Positions 1-9,420 of a DNA stretch of 64,000 nucleotides are shown in pieces. Numbering within the stretch: position 1 is the stretch's first letter; every line of letters starts with the position of its first letter. The notes beneath the pieces are model-generated. The model saw only the letters and a program-made list of their open reading frames with translations. It was not told the origin of the DNA and ran no database searches. A program made the translations under genes and the position numbers. The stretch is from NCBI GenBank assembly GCA_965140415.1, contig OZ223209.1, positions 5,344,001-5,408,000 of the forward strand, written 5' to 3'. The stretch is from Myxococcota bacterium (lineage in GTDB: Bacteria; Myxococcota_A; SURF-8).

Positions 1-72
1 AGCCGCGCGTAAATTGAGAATATGGCTCCAAGAATAATTGAGTTTTCCTCGCAAATTGTAGGATAAATTGCA

Positions 73-2703
73 ATGCAACTAACCTTCGACCCCAGCTTCG
101 ACACCGGCCACTTTCCCGGGCCTTTACATGAAAAAGACGCCGTCTGTGGCGAGGCTTGGGTCGGTCCTATGGGCCTGATCGGCCTGCTGGAAATCGCCCT
201 CGGTCTGGGCGGCCTGTATGAAAGCGACGATGTCCGCGCCGCTTCCATCGTTCCTGCGATCTCAGGGATGGACGGGGTGTTCTTCACAAAATCGGCGGAA
301 CGCAATGTCTTTCAGACCGCTCGTACCCTATTGCGCTGGCGGGATATGCTCTGGTTATGCGGATGGCGAGGGGAAGGTAAACATCCCACGCTTTCCGCTC
401 TTTCCAAAGCATGCGCCGCCGTGCCTCCCGGCATGCCAGATCGTTTGGTTGCCATTCTGGGCGCTCTCGATAAACAGCAAATCGATATCGAAACGGTGCG
501 GGTGATCGTGGATGAACCGGGGGATTGGCGAAGCGCCCTATCACATCTCCCGCTCATGTGGTTGCGTCTGTTCGAGTCGATGTCTGCAGTTGGCATGACC
601 ATTGAGGCGCTACCGATTGAAAACTTGAAGGCCACCGGTGATCTTGGCCTTGCGCAAGAAACCGCTTCAGGAACTATTGGAAATCGTCCTGCCACTGGTG
701 ACGAGACGCTGCTCTTGCTTCGGCCTTCTGGCCCCATGCAGGCAGCAGAAGAAGTAGCGGCATACTTCTCTGCGCTGAAGGATGCAGGACGAACGGTTAT
801 TATTCAACCCTCACCCTTGCTCGATCTTGCATTCCGGCGATTCGGATTGCCGACCACCGGAGCTTCAAAGGCGTCGGATAACCCCTTGCTCGATGTTCTT
901 CCGCTTGTGTTCGACATGATGTGGGATCCTCCCGATCCGTCACGGGCAATGGCGCTTCTGTCCATTCCGGGAGGTCCGGTTCCAACAACAATGGCATGGT
1001 GGCTACGCCGTGCTCTACAGGATTGGCCCGCTGTCGCTTCGTCAACATGGGATGAAAACCTGGAGCGCGGGTTGAATAAAATCGATGACGAAAAGCGGCG
1101 TGAGCGATTGGCTGATCGCTTGTCCACCGTATTCTCCATGACGATGAATCGGCAGAAGCTTCAAACGACGGAGACGCCTTATCCCGTTTCCGATTTGACT
1201 TCACTTGCCAGTGCGATAGAAAACTGGGCGCTTGCTCGTGCAAGTCTCACGGATGATGAGCATTCGGAATCGTATTTCACCGTGGTTTCTCAGTGTCGGA
1301 TCGTGCGGAATGTTCTGGAAACCTGCGGACGGGAGTATTTGTCCGAAGTTGAACTCCAGGACATCTGTGCTTCGGCAACGGCAAGCGCAGTAGGATCGAA
1401 AGGTGAGAAACAGGAAGTTGGTTGGCATGTCGTTCAATCGCCGGCTGCCGTTACCGCGCCGGTGGAGCGGGTGATCTGGTGGAATTTCAACCAGGATACT
1501 ATTTCCACGCCACCGGTGATACCCTTTGAAAACGAAATCATAGACGAATTGGCGTCCTTTGGTGTTCACCTTCCGCAGCCGCAAGCAATCGCACTGGCGC
1601 AGGCCCGGCGATGGAAACGCCCCTTGCTGGCTGCACAAAAACAACTGATTCTCGTCTGTCCGCGTGCAGGGGAAGATGGCGAAGAAAATCATCCGCATCC
1701 GCTATGGGACGAACTATCTAACATGAAAGAGCACCATAAACTCATCCGAGCAAACCTGCCAGCCAACGCCAAAACAACTCTTCCCGAACATCTGCCGACA
1801 CCCCAGGCTTGTAGATATTGGGAGACGGCGAAAGGATACATCTCTGCGCCTGAAACCTGGTCGCCTTCGAGTCTCGGCACACTGGTTTCCTGTCCCTTCA
1901 AATGGGTTCTTTCCAAGACTGCCGGGATTGAGAATGGTTCATTGTCCACTCTGCCTAACGATTCCGCCACGAAAGGCAGCTTGACCCATGAAGTATTGGA
2001 GCGGGTTCTGGAGGCCGGGCCTTTGGAGCCGAAGGCGGCAGCTCGCCTCGCGGCAAAGGTCTTCAACGAGATCGGGCCACGCCGAATGGCGCGCTTGTGG
2101 CTGGATGGCAATGAACAGGAAAAAGCGCGGACCGAGCGCGATCTGTCGAAGGCAGTTGAATTCCTGCTCAAGCTGCTTTCCCGGAACAAGCTGAAAGTCG
2201 TTGCGACGGAAAAAGAGCTGACCGGCACGGCAGGCGATTTCCCTCTTCGTGGTTATGCGGATTTGATCGTCGGTGATCCGCTGACGATCATTGATCACAA
2301 ATGGCAAAGCGGATCCTATTATCAGCGCATGCTGGATGGAGGAAGCGCCTACCAGCTCGCGACGTACAGCTACATGCAAAAAGAAGGCGACCGAATGCCC
2401 GGTGTCGCTTATTTCATCGTCAGCGAGCGAAGACTTCTGGTTCCGCAGAGTGTTGACTTGGAAGGAGCGGAAGTTCAAGCCAGTTCTCCGCCGCAGGAAT
2501 CCGTGTGGCAGGCTTTTCGCGAGACGTATGAGCGGGTCTGGCAAAGCGTCAGGGACGGTGAAATCGTCGCAACTGGAGTTCCTGGCGAAGACGGTGAAAC
2601 GTCGCCATCCAGCAACCGTTTTACAGGTGAATCTCTGACTTTGGCTCCATCCTGCAGATTCTGTGATTACGGCTGGCTCTGCGGCCTGGAATATGGGGAG
2701 TAG
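73..2703 (+). CDS. AddB-like PD-(D/E)XK nuclease subunit with Fe-S cluster cysteines
   Basis: 876 aa. C-terminal nuclease domain: SPSSL..LVSCPF, GSLTHEVLE, GYADLI...IIDHK, YQLATY, and terminal CRFCDYGWLC (4 Cys, as in AddB/Cas4). Lies 3 nt upstream of a UvrD helicase-nuclease. Confidence 0.8.
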   Translation: MQLTFDPSFDTGHFPGPLHEKDAVCGEAWVGPMGLIGLLEIALGLGGLYESDDVRAASIVPAISGMDGVFFTKSAERNVFQTARTLLRWRDMLWLCGWRGEGKHPTLSALSKACAAVPPGMPDRLVAILGALDKQQIDIETVRVIVDEPGDWRSALSHLPLMWLRLFESMSAVGMTIEALPIENLKATGDLGLAQETASGTIGNRPATGDETLLLLRPSGPMQAAEEVAAYFSALKDAGRTVIIQPSPLLDLAFRRFGLPTTGASKASDNPLLDVLPLVFDMMWDPPDPSRAMALLSIPGGPVPTTMAWWLRRALQDWPAVASSTWDENLERGLNKIDDEKRRERLADRLSTVFSMTMNRQKLQTTETPYPVSDLTSLASAIENWALARASLTDDEHSESYFTVVSQCRIVRNVLETCGREYLSEVELQDICASATASAVGSKGEKQEVGWHVVQSPAAVTAPVERVIWWNFNQDTISTPPVIPFENEIIDELASFGVHLPQPQAIALAQARRWKRPLLAAQKQLILVCPRAGEDGEENHPHPLWDELSNMKEHHKLIRANLPANAKTTLPEHLPTPQACRYWETAKGYISAPETWSPSSLGTLVSCPFKWVLSKTAGIENGSLSTLPNDSATKGSLTHEVLERVLEAGPLEPKAAARLAAKVFNEIGPRRMARLWLDGNEQEKARTERDLSKAVEFLLKLLSRNKLKVVATEKELTGTAGDFPLRGYADLIVGDPLTIIDHKWQSGSYYQRMLDGGSAYQLATYSYMQKEGDRMPGVAYFIVSERRLLVPQSVDLEGAEVQASSPPQESVWQAFRETYERVWQSVRDGEIVATGVPGEDGETSPSSNRFTGESLTLAPSCRFCDYGWLCGLEYGE

Positions 2704-2706
2704 CCG

Positions 2707-5700
2707 ATGGGGACGATTGATATCATTTCCGCCAGCGCCGGTAGCGGTAAAACCTATACCCTGAGTCAGCGCCTTGCCTTAGCCCTGTCCTCCGGTGAAA
2801 CCAGCCCCGAATCAGTGATCGCGGTCACATTTACCAAAAAGGCCGCCGCCGAGTTGCGCGAGCGGGTGCGAAGCTATTTGATCGCCGAGGGCAAACACGA
2901 CGACGCTCATCGCCTTCTGTCCAGCTATATCGGCACGGTGGATGCCATCTGTAATCGCCTGGTGGCGACCTTTGCTTTCGATCTGGGCATTCCGCCGGAG
3001 CCCGTATTGGTAGAAAAAGAACAACAAAAAGCCACGCTCAGCAGGATTTTGAGCCAGCAAGTGTCCCCGGACCAGGAAAGCGACATGTTGTCGTTATCCA
3101 GTCGCCTCGACTTGGCCAGTTGGACCGATACGGTTCACGACATGATCGAATTCATCCGTCTCAATCGGCTTGATGGGGAGGCTTTGCACCAAAGTGAGGC
3201 GAAAAGTGTGGAAGGGATCCAAGCGCTCTTCAAAGCCGGAAAGAACAATCCTGATGACCTGGAATCAAGATTGCTGGAGGCTGCTTATGAATGGCTTTCA
3301 GAAATCAGCAACCTGCCGAAAGTAACCAAGGGTACGCAAACCAAAGCAACTGCGCTTCGCCGGATCCTTGGAGACTTCAGAAACAGTCAGAATCCCAAAT
3401 GGAATCTCTGGCCGCAGATCGCGTATATGGCTCATCCCAGTCAGAAAATGCCCAAGGATGGATTGAATATCTTCGATCCCGTGAAAGCCGCAGCAGAGGC
3501 CATAGACGGACATCCCGGACTGCTTGCGGATATGCTTCTGATGGTGCAACGACTTTTCGCCTTCGCCGAGCAGACGTCGGTTCATTTCGCCAATCGAAAA
3601 CGGAGAAACGGCTGGCTGGACTACACGGATATGGAGGCTCTGGCGCTTGATCTGCTGGAGTTGCCTCGCGTGCGGAAATACCTGGAAGAACATATCAGCC
3701 TTGTGTTGGTTGATGAATTTCAGGACACGAATCCGTTGCAGTTGGCGATTTTCCTGAAACTCGCCTCGATTGCCAAGCACAGCATTTGGGTCGGCGATCA
3801 GAAGCAATCCATTTTCGGATTTCGGGACACCGATCCAAAGTTGATGGATGCCGTTATCGAACAGGTTGGTAAAGGCCGCGCACTCGACGTCCTGCCGCAT
3901 TCATGGCGCAGTGATAAGCGTCTGATCGACCTTACCTCCGAAGTGTTCGCCGAAGTCTTCGAGCCATACGGCATTCCACCGGAAAGGGTTCGTTTGAGTC
4001 TGCCGGACGAGCGTTCACAGGAAGCAGAGATCGATGCTCCTGTGCTCGAAATGTGGGATCTGATCGAGACGACAAATAAGAGCAATACCATTTTGGCTTT
4101 GGCCGCAGGCATACGCAATCTGTTCGATCGTGAGACTTTGGACATCCACGACCCTCGAAGCAAGGAAATCCGCCGGGCAGGGTTCGGTGATGTCGCGGTG
4201 CTGTGTCGCACGAACGATACCTGCGCCGAGGTGGCTGCGGTTCTGAAAGCCTGGAACATTCCGGTGGCGACGCCGCAAGGTGGACTCGTATCCACCTTGG
4301 AGGCAAGGGTTCTTATCAATGGGATGAGATTGGTCGGCGACCCACGCGATTCGCTGGCGTTAGCAGAATTGCATCGTTTGCTGAATCACCCGACGGATGA
4401 AGATGCCTGGTTTTCAAGTATCCTGTCCGACATGGAGGCAATCAAACAACACGATCCGATACACGATCTTATCGAACAGAGCAAACAACACGGACGTTCC
4501 GGTGCGCTAGAAGCCTTTGACCATGTCTGCCATACGCTCGATATCCGCAGCCTGTGTGCTCGCTGGGGAGATTCATCCAAGCGACTGGCGAACGTGGAGA
4601 AGCTTAGAGCACTGGTAGTTCAGTACATCCAGACTGGAAATAATGTAAAAACCGCTTCCTCGCTTGCGGATTATTTGTCGGAACTGGCGGGCCATGAAGG
4701 AGACGAACAGGGCATCCCGGCCGGCGGCGATATGGTGACGGTATTGACGATTCACAAAGCCAAGGGTTTGGAGTGGCCCATCACGATCCTCTTTGAACTG
4801 GCGAAGACGTATTCCGCCGATCCCTGGAAGCTTTCCGTCGTAGATGATCGGGAATCCATCAATATCAACGATCCGCTCGGTTTCCGTTGGATTCGCTGCT
4901 GGCCGAATCCTTTCGCGAATCTGCGGAGCAACGCCTTCTCCGTGACTACGATTGCGCAGCGAGTCGATGATTCCGATGTGGCGAAAGAAGCCGCAAAACG
5001 TCAAACATACGAGGAACTACGGCTCCTTTATGTTGCCTGGACTCGCGCTCGCGATCGCCTGATTCTAGCCGAAAACGAGCGAAGCTTCTTCACAGGCTTA
5101 CTCGCACCAGTAGCAAGCACTCTCGAAGATTGGAAGAAACAACCCGAAGATGAACAAAAACCACTGTCTGAAACGATTTCGATCCGGCAGTTTGCACCCA
5201 CTGCACCCACGGAGAAGGAACCTGCGCCTGACCCCATGTTCAAAGCTACCCGCCCGCAGGAACATGCACCAGCATACCTGCAACCATCAGCGCTGATGCA
5301 ATCCGGCTTGGTGGGTGACGTCGTCTCAATCGGAGAACGCATCACCCTTAGGAGCCATGATGTTCATATGGATCACGTGGGCGAAGCCATCCATGGCTTC
5401 TTCGCGGCTGATCGCAAGGGATATTCATTGAAACAACGCCTGGATATGGCGAATGGTTTGCTGGAAAGATGGCGGGTCGGCAATGCTTTGTCGGCAGAAA
5501 GCGTCGTGGCCGGTTCCGATAATCTTTACACCTGGATAGATGCGAATTGGAAAGATGCCAAGTATCGACGTGAATGGCCGTTGACCTATCGCAACGAGCA
5601 GGGCACCATTCTTCGGGGAAACGCCGATCTTGTATTGCAGACAAATGAAGGCTTCATCATTATCGACCACAAGAGTTTTCCGGGGAACCGAGAGCAAGCC

Positions 5701-5835
5701 TTGGAGAGATGCCGACAATACAGTGGCCAAATCAAGGCCTATGCCGAAGCCGTCATCAAAGGCACGGGGCAACCCGTGCGGGCATCATACATACATCTTC
5801 CGGTTTCAGGAATGATGGTGGAGATGGATATTTGA
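2707..5835 (+). CDS. AddA/RecB-like UvrD SF1 helicase with C-terminal nuclease
   Basis: Walker A SAGSGKT, TFTKKAA, VDEFQDT, GDQKQSIF, TIHKAKGLEW, LLYVAWTRARD. C-terminal GNADL...IIDHKS nuclease motif. Confidence 0.9.
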   Translation: MGTIDIISASAGSGKTYTLSQRLALALSSGETSPESVIAVTFTKKAAAELRERVRSYLIAEGKHDDAHRLLSSYIGTVDAICNRLVATFAFDLGIPPEPVLVEKEQQKATLSRILSQQVSPDQESDMLSLSSRLDLASWTDTVHDMIEFIRLNRLDGEALHQSEAKSVEGIQALFKAGKNNPDDLESRLLEAAYEWLSEISNLPKVTKGTQTKATALRRILGDFRNSQNPKWNLWPQIAYMAHPSQKMPKDGLNIFDPVKAAAEAIDGHPGLLADMLLMVQRLFAFAEQTSVHFANRKRRNGWLDYTDMEALALDLLELPRVRKYLEEHISLVLVDEFQDTNPLQLAIFLKLASIAKHSIWVGDQKQSIFGFRDTDPKLMDAVIEQVGKGRALDVLPHSWRSDKRLIDLTSEVFAEVFEPYGIPPERVRLSLPDERSQEAEIDAPVLEMWDLIETTNKSNTILALAAGIRNLFDRETLDIHDPRSKEIRRAGFGDVAVLCRTNDTCAEVAAVLKAWNIPVATPQGGLVSTLEARVLINGMRLVGDPRDSLALAELHRLLNHPTDEDAWFSSILSDMEAIKQHDPIHDLIEQSKQHGRSGALEAFDHVCHTLDIRSLCARWGDSSKRLANVEKLRALVVQYIQTGNNVKTASSLADYLSELAGHEGDEQGIPAGGDMVTVLTIHKAKGLEWPITILFELAKTYSADPWKLSVVDDRESININDPLGFRWIRCWPNPFANLRSNAFSVTTIAQRVDDSDVAKEAAKRQTYEELRLLYVAWTRARDRLILAENERSFFTGLLAPVASTLEDWKKQPEDEQKPLSETISIRQFAPTAPTEKEPAPDPMFKATRPQEHAPAYLQPSALMQSGLVGDVVSIGERITLRSHDVHMDHVGEAIHGFFAADRKGYSLKQRLDMANGLLERWRVGNALSAESVVAGSDNLYTWIDANWKDAKYRREWPLTYRNEQGTILRGNADLVLQTNEGFIIIDHKSFPGNREQALERCRQYSGQIKAYAEAVIKGTGQPVRASYIHLPVSGMMVEMDI

Positions 5836-5924
5836 CTATTTGTTCAGCTCAAGGTCCGCACCAATGAGATATAAGTCCTGTGTATGCCATTTTTGATGGG
5901 AAGATCATGCTTTCAATGTTGAAG

Positions 5925-7358
5925 TCAGGCTAACTTTTTCATCCAGCTTTCGATATCTTTCCAACCTTCAACTATTATTACATTTGTGGGTAGATCACTC
6001 CTCTTCTTGTTTTCTTCGTCGCTAAGATGGTCTTGAGGCTGGTTATAGGGGTGCGAAATTAGGAAAACTATATCACAGATAAATGATAGCTTGATCGCTT
6101 TCTGTAGATCATCCTCAACAAAGTATTTAATTTTTCGTCTCTTTGATAAAGTGAAGCGATTCATAATCTTGGTTCCTGTATGAGTTGTATAATCATTCCC
6201 GAATTCAATCTGCAATTTTCCGTAAGGGATACCATTCTTGTCGAGCCATCGTTTTGTGATACGATGTATTGGTTTTCGCTTTAAGTTTTGCAGAAACTCG
6301 ACTCTTCCTGGATTTCTAAAAAAGAAGCTAAGAATATTATACAAGAATAAAACAACTGGCGTACCAGCCCTTTTCGAGAAGGATGCGAGACACTGCTTAA
6401 GCTCATCTTTTGTTTCGCAATCTGGCCATGATCGATAGGTAAATATCTGTATGTCAATATGAAATACATTCTTGAACATGGAAAGAACACTTGCAGCACT
6501 TTCTATCTGTGGCATATCGACCCAATAATTCGGATCGTTGAATACACTTCTCTCCTCCGGTTTGGAAATATTAACTTGACTAGAATAGTTTACGGGCATT
6601 GTATCGAGTTTGTCTGGATTGATTTCTCTTTTGTACTTTTTCTCAAATATATTGCAGAAATGCTCCCTATGCTTGTTTAAAACGCCGTCAATGTCGACAC
6701 CTATAATATTTGACTTCGTATATTCATATTCCTTTCGCCAAGAACACCCAATGTAAAGTGCGAGGTGAAACAATAAGATAATTGGTATTAAGCATAATAT
6801 ATCAAAGGGATATGACTTAGCGTACATGTCTATTGTATTCTGAGACCAAACAGATTGGCAGGATAAGAACATTCGTATGAAAATGACAATAGCAATTGTA
6901 TTAAAGATTGAAAACAACAGAACTACTGAGAAAAAGAACCGCCATTCGAAGTAGTGAGGTTGAGAGGTGGTAACAGGTAGTTGACGTATACGATTCTTGT
7001 AATTTAAACCAAGTTCAGATTGGTCAAAAAAGTATTTCCTAACCCCATTGATCGCACGAGCATAGAGTAAGGCATCATACCTCATATAAATAACATATAT
7101 GAGCAGAGAGAGGCCAACCAAGAATAACGCCAAGAAAAGCAAAGCAATTGGGAACTGGTGTTTTATAAATATACTGGTTATTTCTTTTTTATTGAATAGT
7201 AGTGCTGCAGCTGGAAATGGTATAGACATTACCAGTATAAGATATCTGATAAACTGGCTTATCGAGTCTATGGATTTAAAATGAGCGTTGGCAAGATTCT
7301 GGTATTCAGCAAGAAGAAACTCGGGAAATTGATCTTTGCATTTTTGAACATCCATCAT
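5925..7358 (-). CDS. Membrane protein (about 4 TM) fused to a HAD/NT5C-like 5'(3')-nucleotidase domain
   Basis: Four hydrophobic segments in the first ~205 aa, followed by IIGVDIDGVL (HAD motif I), FTYR (motif II) and YFVEDD (motif IV). AT-rich. Confidence 0.7.
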   Translation of the reverse strand: MMDVQKCKDQFPEFLLAEYQNLANAHFKSIDSISQFIRYLILVMSIPFPAAALLFNKKEITSIFIKHQFPIALLFLALFLVGLSLLIYVIYMRYDALLYARAINGVRKYFFDQSELGLNYKNRIRQLPVTTSQPHYFEWRFFFSVVLLFSIFNTIAIVIFIRMFLSCQSVWSQNTIDMYAKSYPFDILCLIPIILLFHLALYIGCSWRKEYEYTKSNIIGVDIDGVLNKHREHFCNIFEKKYKREINPDKLDTMPVNYSSQVNISKPEERSVFNDPNYWVDMPQIESAASVLSMFKNVFHIDIQIFTYRSWPDCETKDELKQCLASFSKRAGTPVVLFLYNILSFFFRNPGRVEFLQNLKRKPIHRITKRWLDKNGIPYGKLQIEFGNDYTTHTGTKIMNRFTLSKRRKIKYFVEDDLQKAIKLSFICDIVFLISHPYNQPQDHLSDEENKKRSDLPTNVIIVEGWKDIESWMKKLA

Positions 7359-7568
7359 TGCCGAATCACCTCACAATTCTGGTAGCAGTATCAATGTAAC
7401 TTCAAAAACCGATTTTTCCCTATGTTCGTGTACATGTTCTCCCTTGTTCCATCTTCGATGCTGCCATAGTAAGTAGTAATTCTAGCCTCCGATACTATTG
7501 ACTGGGTTAGAGAATCAAGCTTTATTATACCATTCGTTTAAAAGGGAAAACTACGCAGTTCTATTGTT

Positions 7569-8960
7569 CTATTTTCCGTTTAGAATCCTTCGTTCCTTCT
7601 CGATACGCTCCGCTTCGATATAGTGCTCCAGCAATTTCTTGAATTTTGCTGAAGAGGTACGTTTGAAGTCGGATTCAGTGACCTTTCCTTCTTTATGGAT
7701 TTCAAAAAGGATATCCTTCTGAGGTGTTGATAACGAATAGTAAATCTTCAGCCAATCTGCGGCACCATTGTTTTCATGCAATCGCCTATTGATGATGTAT
7801 TCATCTGGCATATTCGCAATAGCAAGGAATTCTTTCTCGTTGCGGCCAAAAGCAGCTTCAAAGAATTCCAGCCTTGGAGAGACCATCCCTCTGGTTGCCA
7901 GTAGAATGCACTGAACACCACGAATAAGTTTACGATTCCAATTCTTCCCGACATAGCTTCTGTTTTTATGAGTAAGCGGGATATATTTCATCGGAAAAGA
8001 GTAAATTTTAGTTCCCAATTCTTCATTCAGTTCACAATTGATTCTAAGCCGCTCATAAAAGTCTTCAGGCTTGTCATTGTAATTATAAAGTATATAGTTT
8101 GAAAGATTCAGGATACCATATTGTGCCGCCATTCTGATTTTTGAAATGTAAAGCTCTTCCATTGAAATATGATCGAAAGCGATTCTCATGGGTTTGATGG
8201 CAATCTCAGCCAGCAAAGCCATTTTCTTTTCATCCAATAGGCGAGCATCAAGCCCTTGGTTGAAATCAACTTTCCTTAAACGGTTATTAAGGCGTGCGCC
8301 CTTCTCAAAGCCTAATGTTTTGATATCGTCGATGATTCTTGGAAAGAAGCGTGAAGCTAGAACGTTGTTGTCCAACAGAACCAAATCCTGTTTTTGACCA
8401 TAAACCTCCTCAATTCCTTTTACCTGTTTAAAAAGTGGGGAGTAATGGCGAAATATAGGCTCAATTTTATGAACCGCACAAAACTTGCAGCGATTAGGGC
8501 AGCCTCTCGTTGAATACGCAATGTAGCAGTCCTTCGTTGCATACTGATATTCAATAGAATCCAATATCTTGTAATCTGGAATCAGCCGATCTATGTTATT
8601 GGTATCTCCTTTGTCAAGCGCACCTTTCTTGTCGAGTAGACCACGAATGACCGTCACCCCGGTTTCTGATCTGATTTCTTCCGAAAGCAAGGTGGCCATT
8701 ACGCCACCGACGATCACGTTGCTTGGCGAAGATGTAGCCCTTTTATAATATTCAATGGTCCGGATTGTTTCTGACCAGAAGAATGTAAACAGAGTGCTTA
8801 TATAAATCCTATCCCAGATCTCTTCACGATAAGCAGCTTTACACCCCTTAACAAAGTGAACCTCGTCACCTCGCAATTTATGATAAGAGGATATTTTCAT
8901 CAGGCCAAGGGGAGGGTATTTATTCCGATAGCCGGGTTCAACAAGGAGGATTTTGGACAT
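7569..8960 (-). CDS. Radical SAM enzyme with N-terminal B12-binding-like domain
   Basis: TRGCPNRCKFC (CxxxCxxC). N-terminal KILLVEP..PPLGL and IVGGVMAT, typical of cobalamin-binding-domain radical SAMs. Also LLDNN and DFNQGLDAR. Confidence 0.85.
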   Translation of the reverse strand: MSKILLVEPGYRNKYPPLGLMKISSYHKLRGDEVHFVKGCKAAYREEIWDRIYISTLFTFFWSETIRTIEYYKRATSSPSNVIVGGVMATLLSEEIRSETGVTVIRGLLDKKGALDKGDTNNIDRLIPDYKILDSIEYQYATKDCYIAYSTRGCPNRCKFCAVHKIEPIFRHYSPLFKQVKGIEEVYGQKQDLVLLDNNVLASRFFPRIIDDIKTLGFEKGARLNNRLRKVDFNQGLDARLLDEKKMALLAEIAIKPMRIAFDHISMEELYISKIRMAAQYGILNLSNYILYNYNDKPEDFYERLRINCELNEELGTKIYSFPMKYIPLTHKNRSYVGKNWNRKLIRGVQCILLATRGMVSPRLEFFEAAFGRNEKEFLAIANMPDEYIINRRLHENNGAADWLKIYYSLSTPQKDILFEIHKEGKVTESDFKRTSSAKFKKLLEHYIEAERIEKERRILNGK

Positions 8961-8975
8961 AATTTAGAGTACCTA

Positions 8976-9419
8976 CTATTCTCCGGCTGTGTTGAAGAGA
9001 TAAGCGAGCAGAACCTTCGGGAGCTCATCTGAACAACTTCTATCAAGTCTCAGCTCGTTTCCGCTTTCAATGGTATAGTCAGCTAATATTTCTTCAAGGA
9101 GAATTCCCATGCCAGCGTTGGCGTATTCTTCAACTTTTGAAATGACCTCCTTATCATCGAGCACGGATGAATAGTTCATTTCTTCAGATTCGATAATGAT
9201 TGAATAATAGCTTGCGTATTCCTCTGGGGTGATGGTGCTTGACCAAAACCGGTCTTCACCTTGCTTTTGCAACGGTTTACGTTTTCCATGTCGAAAACCC
9301 AAACAGGCGCAAATGTAAAACAACTCATGAGCTTCCCTCACTGCAAAGTTTGACATCTCCTTGTACAGCGTCTTGTATTTTCGATCTGTGCGGACTCTGA
9401 TATCACCTGACATATTCAT
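8976..9419 (-). CDS. PbeD-like / dnd-associated small protein
   Basis: Start re-placed at ATG 9419 (GGAGG upstream, 1 nt after the ATPase stop), giving 147 aa. ELFYICACLG and VEEYANAG motifs resemble phosphorothioation-associated protein 4, and it sits after the SMC-like ATPase. Confidence 0.6.
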   Translation of the reverse strand: MNMSGDIRVRTDRKYKTLYKEMSNFAVREAHELFYICACLGFRHGKRKPLQKQGEDRFWSSTITPEEYASYYSIIIESEEMNYSSVLDDKEVISKVEEYANAGMGILLEEILADYTIESGNELRLDRSCSDELPKVLLAYLFNTAGE

Positions 9420-9420
9420 C

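Noticed and set aside
1850-2703. Cas4 call for the Fe-S nuclease domain
   Set aside because: The domain is the C-terminus of an 876-aa protein paired with a UvrD helicase, which is the AddB arrangement.
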